Shown: in pieces, positions 1 to 5,339 of the stretch
Numbering within the stretch: the stretch's first letter is position 1
How the letters are laid out: each line of letters begins with the position of its first letter
Source of the DNA: a virus
Lineage: Duplodnaviria > Heunggongvirae > Uroviricota > Caudoviricetes
DNA: 5,339 nt
Virus record (IMG/VR): IMGVR_UViG_2681813269_000006
Strand: one strand, 5' to 3'
Made by a program: the position numbers and the translations under genes
Notes under the pieces: model-generated
The model's input: the letters and a program-made list of their open reading frames with translations, nothing else
What the model was told of the DNA's origin: nothing
The model's database searches: none

Positions 1-1
1 A

Positions 2-370
2 GGAGTGTCCGTTAAACTCAGGCTACCTCAGTCTGCTGATTTGAGTCGCTACAGTGGCACGGTGGTTAACCGTCCGACGTTTTTTGCTTTTGCAAAAGGC
101 GCGGGTGTGATGGGGGAAGCGGGACCTGAAGCCATTCTGCCACTGCGTCGCGGTGCTGATGGTAAGCTGGGGGGTGTGGCGGATACTGGTGGTTCAGGCA
201 TGGTGATGTTTGCCCCGCAGTACAACATTGAGATCAATAACGATGGCACGAACGGGCAGATAGGTCCGGCTGCCCTGAAGGTGGTTTATGACCTCGGGAA
301 AAAAGCGGCCGCGGACTTTATGCAACAGCAGGCCCGTGATGGTGGCCGGTTAAGTGGAGCATACCGGTAA
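2..370 (+). CDS. H: Tail tape measure protein (gpH-like), C-terminal fragment; 5' end lies upstream of the window (copy 1, diverged type)
   Basis: Frame is open from the window edge to TAA at 368-370. Translation contains the tape-measure-like stretch NRPTFFAFAKGAGVMGEAGPEAILPL and the motif INNDGTNGQIGPAALK, which recurs at the end of the second H-like segment (2839..2886). The stop overlaps the ATG of the downstream M gene (TAATG), the H/M arrangement I recall for lambda. Confidence 0.8.
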   Translation, partial: GVSVKLRLPQSADLSRYSGTVVNRPTFFAFAKGAGVMGEAGPEAILPLRRGADGKLGGVADTGGSGMVMFAPQYNIEINNDGTNGQIGPAALKVVYDLGKKAAADFMQQQARDGGRLSGAYR

Positions 371-699
371 TGGAGACGTTTCACTGGAAAGTGCGCCCGG
401 ATATGAATGTGGTATCAGAGCCGAAAGTGGTGACAGTGAAGCTGGGCGATGGTTATGAACAGCGTCGTGCGGCGGGACTGAATAACCAGTTGTCGACTTA
501 CAGCGTGAAGATACGTGTTCGTAAAGGTGAACACCCATTTTTAAAAGCCTTTCTGGAACGGCACGGTGGCGTCCGCGCATTTCAGTGGACGCCACCTTAT
601 GACTGGAAGCCGATCAGGGTGGTTTGTCGTAAATGGTCGGCAAGCGTGGGGGCGTTGTGGGTAACCATAACGGCAGATTTTGAACAGGTCGTGGCATAG
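370..699 (+). CDS. M: Minor tail protein M, copy 1 (diverged homolog)
   Basis: 109-aa ORF, the same length as copy 2 (2973..3302). By my hand alignment 59 of 109 residues are identical to copy 2, including conserved blocks GDGY, TYSV, HGG, WTPPY and the C-terminal FEQVV. Position directly after the H stop matches lambda gene order. Confidence 0.85.
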   Translation: METFHWKVRPDMNVVSEPKVVTVKLGDGYEQRRAAGLNNQLSTYSVKIRVRKGEHPFLKAFLERHGGVRAFQWTPPYDWKPIRVVCRKWSASVGALWVTITADFEQVVA

Positions 700-703
700 G
701 AGG
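698..703 (+). promoter_or_regulatory. Shine-Dalgarno sequence (AGGAGG) for L copy 1
   Basis: AGGAGG lies 5 nt upstream of the ATG at 709. Copy 2 has no equivalent spacer because its M stop and L start overlap (TGATG). Confidence 0.6.
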
Positions 704-708
704 CTCTG

Positions 709-1407
709 ATGCAGGATATTCCACAGGAAACACATCATGAGACGACACGCCTCACTCAGTCAGCCCAGGTGGTGCTCTGGGAAATCGATCTGACAGAGGT
801 CGGTGGAGAACGTTATTTTTTCTGTAATGAGCAGAACGAAAAAGGTGAGCCGGTTACCTGGCAGGGGCGGCAGTATCAGGCATACCCCATTCAGGGGACG
901 GGATTTGAACTGAACGGCAAGGGCAGTGCTGCCCGTCCGACACTGACGGTTTCTAACCTGCACGGAATGGTCACCGGGATGGCGGAAGACCTGCAGAGTC
1001 TGGTCGGCGGAACGGTGGTCCGGCGTAAGGTTTACGCCCGTTTTCTGGATGCGGTGAACTTCGTCAACGGAAACAGCGACGCCGATCCGGAACAGGAGGT
1101 GATCAGCCGCTGGCGCATCGAGCAGTGCAGCGAACTGAGCGCGGTCAGTGCCTCTTTTGTGCTGGCCACACCAACGGAGACGGATGGCGCGGTTTTCCCG
1201 GGGCGTATCATGCTGGCGAATACCTGTATGTGGACTTACCGTTCTGATGAGTGTGGTTACACGGGCAGGGCAGTGGCTGACGAGTTCGACAAACCAACGA
1301 CGGATATCCGGAAGGACAAATGCAGCAAGTGTATGCGCGGGTGTGAGTTGCGCAACAATACCGGTAATTTCGGCGGTTTCCTTTCCATCAATAAACTTTC
1401 TCAGTAA
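709..1407 (+). CDS. L: Minor tail protein L, copy 1 (about 88% aa identity to copy 2)
   Basis: 232-aa ORF, the same length as copy 2. Preceded by AGGAGG at 698..703 with a 5-nt spacer. The C-terminal cysteine cluster C-x9-C-x22-C-x2-C-x3-C (codons at 1225..1344) is conserved with copy 2. About 28 substitutions and no indels relative to copy 2. Confidence 0.9.
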   Translation: MQDIPQETHHETTRLTQSAQVVLWEIDLTEVGGERYFFCNEQNEKGEPVTWQGRQYQAYPIQGTGFELNGKGSAARPTLTVSNLHGMVTGMAEDLQSLVGGTVVRRKVYARFLDAVNFVNGNSDADPEQEVISRWRIEQCSELSAVSASFVLATPTETDGAVFPGRIMLANTCMWTYRSDECGYTGRAVADEFDKPTTDIRKDKCSKCMRGCELRNNTGNFGGFLSINKLSQ

Positions 1408-1411
1408 ATCC

Positions 1412-2155
1412 ATGACACAGACAGAATCAGCGATTCTGGCGCACGCCCGGCGATGTGCGCCAGCGGAGTCGTGTGGCTTCGTGGTAAGAACGCCGGAGGG
1501 AGACAGGTATCTTCCCAGCGAGAATATCTCCGGTGAGCCGGAGGAACGGTTCCGGATGGCTCCGGAGGACTGGCTGCGGGCACAAATGCAGGGTGAGATT
1601 GTGGCGCTGGTCCACAGTCATCCCGGTGGTCTGCCCTGGCTGAGTGAGGCTGACCGGCGGCTGCAGGTGCAGAGTGATTTGCCGTGGTGGCTGGTCTGCC
1701 GGGGGACGATTCATAAGTTCCGCTGTGTGCCGCATCTCACCGGGCGGCGCTTTGAGCACGGGGTGACGGACTGTTACACGCTGTTCCGGGATGCTTATCA
1801 TCTGGCAGGGATTGAGATGCCGGATTTTCATCGCGGGGATGACTGGTGGCGTAACGGTCAGAATCTCTATCTTGACAATATGGAGGTGACGGGTTTTTAC
1901 CGTGTCGCACTGACAGAGGCACAGCCGGGCGATGTGCTGCTGTGCTGTTTTGGTTCATCGGTGCCGAATCATGCCGCCATTTACTGCGGTGACGGCGGGC
2001 TGCTGCACCATATTCCTGAACAACTGAGCAAACGAGAGAGGTACACCGACAAATGGCAGCGACGCACACACTCCCTCTGGCGTCACCGGGCATGGCGCGC
2101 ATCTGCCTTTACGGGGATTTACAACGATTTGGTCGCCGCATCGACCTTCGTGTGA
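1412..2155 (+). CDS. K: Tail assembly protein K, copy 1; N-terminal JAMM/MPN-like domain plus C-terminal NlpC/P60-like domain
   Basis: 247-aa ORF starting 4 nt after the L stop. It contains HSHPGGLPWLSEAD (H-x-H-x7-S-x2-D, a JAMM signature) with an upstream AESCGF glutamate. The C-terminal half has Cys/His candidates typical of NlpC/P60 (GVTDCYTLF, VPNHAAIY). About 20 substitutions relative to copy 2. The ORF-track start at 1148 is an upstream extension that overlaps L in another frame and is not used here. An internal in-frame ATG at 1556 corresponds to a shorter 199-aa form. Confidence 0.85.
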   Translation: MTQTESAILAHARRCAPAESCGFVVRTPEGDRYLPSENISGEPEERFRMAPEDWLRAQMQGEIVALVHSHPGGLPWLSEADRRLQVQSDLPWWLVCRGTIHKFRCVPHLTGRRFEHGVTDCYTLFRDAYHLAGIEMPDFHRGDDWWRNGQNLYLDNMEVTGFYRVALTEAQPGDVLLCCFGSSVPNHAAIYCGDGGLLHHIPEQLSKRERYTDKWQRRTHSLWRHRAWRASAFTGIYNDLVAASTFV

Positions 2156-2486
2156 AAACGGGGGCTGAAGCCATCCGGGCACTGGCCACACAGCTCCCGG
2201 CGTTTCGTCAGAAACTGAGCGACGGCTGGTATCAGGTACGGATTGCCGGGCGGGACGTCAGCACGTCCGGGTTAACGGCGCAGTTACATGAGACTCTGCC
2301 TGATGGCGCTGTGATTCATATTGTTCCCAGAGTCGCCGGGGCCAAGTCAGGTGGCGTATTCCAGATTGTCCTGGGGGCTGCCGCCATTGCCGGATCATTC
2401 TTTACCGCCGGAGCCACCCTTGCAGCATGGGGGGCAGCCATTGGGACCGGTGGTATGACCGGCATCCTGTTTTCTCTCGGTGCCAG
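1999..2486 (+). repeat. Direct repeat copy A: 488-nt block with perfect identity to 4593..5080 (3' end of K plus 5' 434 nt of I)
   Basis: Base-by-base comparison of the two copies. The last mismatch upstream is at 1998 vs 4592 (G vs A). Identity ends at 2486/5080, where copy A continues into H-like sequence and copy B continues into I. Confidence 0.85.
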
Positions 2487-2976
2487 ACTGCTTAAGCAGG
2501 CAATGGTGGGGATTGTCGGGAGTATCGGCAGCGCCATTGGCGGGGCTGTTGGTGGCGGCGCATCCGCGTCAGGCGGTACAGCCATTCAGGCCGCTGCGGC
2601 GAAATTCCATTTTGCAACCGGAGGATTCACAGGAACCGGCGGCAAATATGAGCCAGCGGGGATTGTTCACCGTGGTGAATTTGTCTTCACGAAGGAGGCA
2701 ACCAGCCGGATTGGCGTGGGGAATCTCTACCGGCTGATGCGCGGCTATGCCACCGGTGGTTATGTCGGTACACCGGGCAGTCTGGCTGACAGCCGGTCGC
2801 AGGCGTCCGGGACGTTTGAGCAGAATAACCATGTGGTGATTAACAACGACGGCACGAACGGGCAGATAGGTCCGGCTGCTCTGAAGGCGGTGTATGACAT
2901 GGCCCGCAAGGGTGCCCGTGATGAAATTCAGACACAGATGCGTGATGGTGGCCTGTTCTCCGGAGGTGGACGATGA
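2053..2976 (+). CDS. Chimeric ORF: tail assembly protein I N-terminal 144 codons fused in frame to a tape-measure (gpH-like) C-terminal 163 codons
   Basis: Nucleotides 2053..2486 are identical to 4647..5080, the 5' part of I copy 2. From 2487 the sequence leaves I and encodes RLLKQAMVGIVGSIGSAIGG...INNDGTNGQIGPAALKAVYDMARKGARDEIQTQMRDGGLFSGGGR, which parallels the H C-terminus at 2..370. It ends with a TGA overlapping the ATG of M copy 2 (ATGA at 2973..2976). Whether it is expressed or functional is unknown. Confidence 0.55.
   Translation: MAATHTLPLASPGMARICLYGDLQRFGRRIDLRVKTGAEAIRALATQLPAFRQKLSDGWYQVRIAGRDVSTSGLTAQLHETLPDGAVIHIVPRVAGAKSGGVFQIVLGAAAIAGSFFTAGATLAAWGAAIGTGGMTGILFSLGARLLKQAMVGIVGSIGSAIGGAVGGGASASGGTAIQAAAAKFHFATGGFTGTGGKYEPAGIVHRGEFVFTKEATSRIGVGNLYRLMRGYATGGYVGTPGSLADSRSQASGTFEQNNHVVINNDGTNGQIGPAALKAVYDMARKGARDEIQTQMRDGGLFSGGGR
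2962..2966 (+). promoter_or_regulatory. Shine-Dalgarno sequence (GGAGG) for M copy 2, embedded in the 3' end of the H-like coding sequence
   Basis: GGAGG lies 6 nt upstream of the ATG at 2973; it encodes the terminal SGGGR of the H-like segment. Confidence 0.55.
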
Positions 2977-3302
2977 AAACCTTCCGCTGGAAAGTGAAAC
3001 CCGGTATGGATGTGGCTTCGGCCCCTTCTGTAAGAAAGGTGCGCTTTGGTGATGGCTATTCCCAGCGAGCGCCTGCCGGGCTGAATGCCAACCTGAAAAC
3101 GTACAGCGTGACGCTTTCTGTCCCCCGTGAGGAGGCCACGGTACTGGAGTCGTTTCTGGAAGAGCACGGGGGCTGGAAATCCTTTCTGTGGACGCCGCCT
3201 TATGAGTGGCGGCAGATAAAGGTGACCTGCGCAAAATGGTCGTCGCGGGTCAGTATGCTGCGTGTTGAGTTCAGCGCAGAGTTTGAACAGGTGGTGAACT
3301 GA
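2973..3302 (+). CDS. M: Minor tail protein M, copy 2 (lambda-like)
   Basis: 109-aa ORF MKTFRWKVKPGMDVASAPSV..., which I recall as matching lambda gpM. GGAGG at 2962..2966 lies 6 nt upstream of the ATG. Its stop overlaps the L start (TGATG at 3300..3304). Confidence 0.9.
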   Translation: MKTFRWKVKPGMDVASAPSVRKVRFGDGYSQRAPAGLNANLKTYSVTLSVPREEATVLESFLEEHGGWKSFLWTPPYEWRQIKVTCAKWSSRVSMLRVEFSAEFEQVVN

Positions 3303-4000
3303 TGCAGGATATCCGGCAGGAAACACTGAATGAATGCACCCGTGCGGAGCAGTCGGCCAGCGTGGTGCTCTGGGAAATCGACCTGACAGAGGTCGGTGGA
3401 GAACGTTATTTTTTCTGTAATGAGCAGAACGAAAAAGGTGAGCCGGTCACCTGGCAGGGGCGACAGTATCAGCCGTATCCCATTCAGGGGAGCGGTTTTG
3501 AACTGAATGGCAAAGGCACCAGTACGCGCCCCACGCTGACGGTTTCTAACCTGTACGGTATGGTCACCGGGATGGCGGAAGATCTGCAGAGTCTGGTCGG
3601 CGGAACGGTGGTCCGGCGTAAGGTTTACGCCCGTTTTCTGGATGCGGTGAACTTCGTCAACGGAAACAGTTACGCCGATCCGGAGCAGGAGGTGATCAGC
3701 CGCTGGCGCATTGAGCAGTGCAGCGAACTGAGCGCGGTGAGTGCCTCCTTTGTACTGTCCACGCCGACGGAAACGGATGGCGCTGTTTTTCCGGGACGTA
3801 TCATGCTGGCCAATACCTGCACCTGGACCTATCGCGGTGACGAGTGCGGTTATAGCGGTCCGGCTGTCGCGGATGAATATGACCAGCCAACGTCCGATAT
3901 CACGAAGGATAAATGCAGCAAATGCCTGAGCGGTTGTAAGTTCCGCAATAACGTCGGCAACTTTGGCGGCTTCCTTTCCATTAACAAACTTTCGCAGTAA
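3302..4000 (+). CDS. L: Minor tail protein L, copy 2 (lambda-like); putative iron-sulfur cluster-binding tail tip protein
   Basis: 232-aa ORF MQDIRQETLNECTRAEQSASVVLWEIDL..., which I recall as matching lambda gpL. Conserved C-terminal cysteine cluster (codons 3818..3937). Confidence 0.92.
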   Translation: MQDIRQETLNECTRAEQSASVVLWEIDLTEVGGERYFFCNEQNEKGEPVTWQGRQYQPYPIQGSGFELNGKGTSTRPTLTVSNLYGMVTGMAEDLQSLVGGTVVRRKVYARFLDAVNFVNGNSYADPEQEVISRWRIEQCSELSAVSASFVLSTPTETDGAVFPGRIMLANTCTWTYRGDECGYSGPAVADEYDQPTSDITKDKCSKCLSGCKFRNNVGNFGGFLSINKLSQ

Positions 4001-4005
4001 ATCCC

Positions 4006-4749
4006 ATGACACAGACAGAATCAGCGATTCTGGCGCACGCCCGGCGATGTGCGCCAGCGGAGTCGTGCGGCTTCGTGGTAAGCACGCCGGAGGGGGAAAG
4101 ATATTTTCCCTGCGTGAATATCTCCGGTGAGCCGGAGGCGTATTTCCGTATGTCGCCGGAAGACTGGCTGCAGGCAGAAATGCAGGGTGAGATTGTGGCG
4201 CTGGTCCACAGCCACCCCGGTGGTCTGCCCTGGCTGAGTGAGGCCGACCGGCGGCTGCAGGTGCAGAGTGATTTGCCGTGGTGGCTGGTCTGCCGGGGGA
4301 CGATTCATAAGTTCCGCTGTGTGCCGCATCTCACCGGGCGGCGCTTTGAGCACGGTGTGACGGACTGTTACACACTGTTCCGGGATGCTTATCATCTGGC
4401 GGGGATTGAGATGCCGGACTTTTATCGTGAGGATGACTGGTGGCGTAACGGCCAGAATCTCTATCTGGATAATCTGGAGGCGACGGGGCTGTATCAGGTG
4501 CCGTTGTCAGCGGCACAGCCGGGCGATGTGCTGCTGTGCTGTTTTGGTTCATCAGTGCCGAATCACGCCGCAATTTACTGCGGCGACGGCGAGCTGCTGC
4601 ACCATATTCCTGAACAACTGAGCAAACGAGAGAGGTACACCGACAAATGGCAGCGACGCACACACTCCCTCTGGCGTCACCGGGCATGGCGCGCATCTGC
4701 CTTTACGGGGATTTACAACGATTTGGTCGCCGCATCGACCTTCGTGTGA
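4006..4749 (+). CDS. K: Tail assembly protein K, copy 2 (lambda-like); JAMM/MPN plus NlpC/P60 domains
   Basis: 247-aa ORF starting 5 nt after the L stop, with the same HSHPGGLPWLSEAD motif and NlpC/P60-like Cys/His as copy 1. The internal ATG at 4150 would give the 199-aa form that I recall as the database annotation for lambda K. The longer form is preferred here because it includes the AESCGF glutamate expected for a complete JAMM fold. Confidence 0.88.
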   Translation: MTQTESAILAHARRCAPAESCGFVVSTPEGERYFPCVNISGEPEAYFRMSPEDWLQAEMQGEIVALVHSHPGGLPWLSEADRRLQVQSDLPWWLVCRGTIHKFRCVPHLTGRRFEHGVTDCYTLFRDAYHLAGIEMPDFYREDDWWRNGQNLYLDNLEATGLYQVPLSAAQPGDVLLCCFGSSVPNHAAIYCGDGELLHHIPEQLSKRERYTDKWQRRTHSLWRHRAWRASAFTGIYNDLVAASTFV

Positions 4750-5080
4750 AAACGGGGGCTGAAGCCATCCGGGCACTGGCCACACAGCTCCCGGCGTTTC
4801 GTCAGAAACTGAGCGACGGCTGGTATCAGGTACGGATTGCCGGGCGGGACGTCAGCACGTCCGGGTTAACGGCGCAGTTACATGAGACTCTGCCTGATGG
4901 CGCTGTGATTCATATTGTTCCCAGAGTCGCCGGGGCCAAGTCAGGTGGCGTATTCCAGATTGTCCTGGGGGCTGCCGCCATTGCCGGATCATTCTTTACC
5001 GCCGGAGCCACCCTTGCAGCATGGGGGGCAGCCATTGGGACCGGTGGTATGACCGGCATCCTGTTTTCTCTCGGTGCCAG
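4593..5080 (+). repeat. Direct repeat copy B: perfect-identity partner of 1999..2486
   Basis: Same comparison as for copy A; offset between copies is 2594 nt. Confidence 0.85.
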
Positions 5081-5318
5081 TATGGTGCTCGGTGGTGTGG
5101 CGCAGATGCTGGCACCGAAAGCCAGAACTCCCCGTACACAGACAACGGATAACGGCAAACAGAACACCTATTTCTCCTCACTGGATAACATGGTTGCCCA
5201 GGGCAATGTTCTGCCGGTTCTGTACGGTGAAATGCGCGTGGGGTCACGCGTGGTTTCTCAGGAGATCAGCACGGCAGACGAAGGGGACGGTGGTCAGGTT
5301 GTGGTGATTGGTCGCTGA
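4647..5318 (+). CDS. I: Tail assembly protein I, copy 2 (complete); N-terminal ubiquitin-like region followed by a Gly/Ala-rich hydrophobic segment
   Basis: 223-aa ORF MAATHTLPLASPGMARICLYGDL...VVVIGR, which I recall as matching lambda gpI. Its start lies 103 nt inside the 3' end of K in a different frame, the known K/I overlap. TGA at 5316..5318 is followed by what should be the I-J intergenic region. Confidence 0.9.
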   Translation: MAATHTLPLASPGMARICLYGDLQRFGRRIDLRVKTGAEAIRALATQLPAFRQKLSDGWYQVRIAGRDVSTSGLTAQLHETLPDGAVIHIVPRVAGAKSGGVFQIVLGAAAIAGSFFTAGATLAAWGAAIGTGGMTGILFSLGASMVLGGVAQMLAPKARTPRTQTTDNGKQNTYFSSLDNMVAQGNVLPVLYGEMRVGSRVVSQEISTADEGDGGQVVVIGR

Positions 5319-5339
5319 TGCAAAATGTTTTATGTGAAA

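Noticed and set aside
1148-1411. Upstream extension of the K copy 1 ORF to an ATG at 1148 (335-aa ORF-track entry)
   Set aside because: The extension overlaps L copy 1 in another frame and has no counterpart in copy 2. Homology to K begins at the ATG at 1412, right after the L stop.
760-1413. Long minus-strand ORFs antisense to L, K and the I/H genes (760..1413, 3200..4012, 2569..3234, 1427..1831, 4021..4395, 1737..2102, 4331..4696 and others)
   Set aside because: Each lies entirely antisense to a + strand gene with a clear lambda tail-gene identity. Their translations are Arg/Pro/His-rich with no recognisable motifs, as expected for shadow ORFs in GC-rich coding sequence. The minus-strand pairs are simply the duplicated copies of each other.
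2491-2496. CTTAAG (AflII site) 5 nt past the I::H junction, as a possible sign of an engineered cloning junction
   Set aside because: A single 6-bp palindrome is expected by chance many times in 5 kb. Nothing else such as vector sequence, a linker or a multiple cloning site supports engineering.
4385-4621. Alternative-frame + strand ORFs inside K and I (4385..4621, 5074..5307, 2480..2737, 3741..3929)
   Set aside because: They are embedded out of frame within well-supported genes and have Cys/Arg/Trp-rich low-complexity translations. There is no start context or conservation argument for overlapping genes beyond the known K/I overlap.
5316-5339. ATG at 5318 overlapping the I stop (TGATG), as a possible start of the next gene J
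   Set aside because: The downstream reading MQNVLCE does not match the lambda J N-terminus as I recall it, and the window ends after 21 nt. This is most likely intergenic sequence upstream of J.
1-5339. Defence system, toxin-antitoxin pair, CRISPR array, tRNA or insertion sequence in the window
   Set aside because: Every substantial ORF is accounted for by tail-assembly homologs. There are no short direct repeats with spacers, no terminal inverted repeats or transposase, and no tRNA-like structure.

Overview
The window is a lambdoid (phage lambda-type) siphovirus tail-tip assembly region, entirely on the + strand, with an unexpected tandem architecture. The gene order is H(3' end)-M-L-K-[I 5' part fused in frame to a second H 3' end]-M-L-K-I, so the M-L-K-I module occurs twice, with a period of about 2594 nt. 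Copy 2 (2973..5318) looks lambda-like from memory. Copy 1 (2..2155) is a diverged homolog whose divergence falls in a gradient: M about 54% amino-acid identity, L about 88%, K about 92%, and the last 488 nt before the junction 100% identical at nucleotide level. The two copies are joined by a 307-codon chimeric ORF (2053..2976) made of I codons 1-144 followed by 163 codons of a tape-measure C-terminus; it keeps the frame and the native H-stop/M-start overlap. Known features of this module are visible in both copies: the 103-nt out-of-frame K/I overlap, the JAMM/MPN plus NlpC/P60 architecture of K, the ubiquitin-like N-terminus of I, and the cysteine cluster of L. I found no RNA genes, CRISPR arrays, transposases or terminators, and no defence or toxin system. 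The notable signal is the diverged tandem duplication and the I::H fusion, which could be a real recombinant prophage or phage, or an assembly or cloning chimera; the sequence alone cannot decide which.
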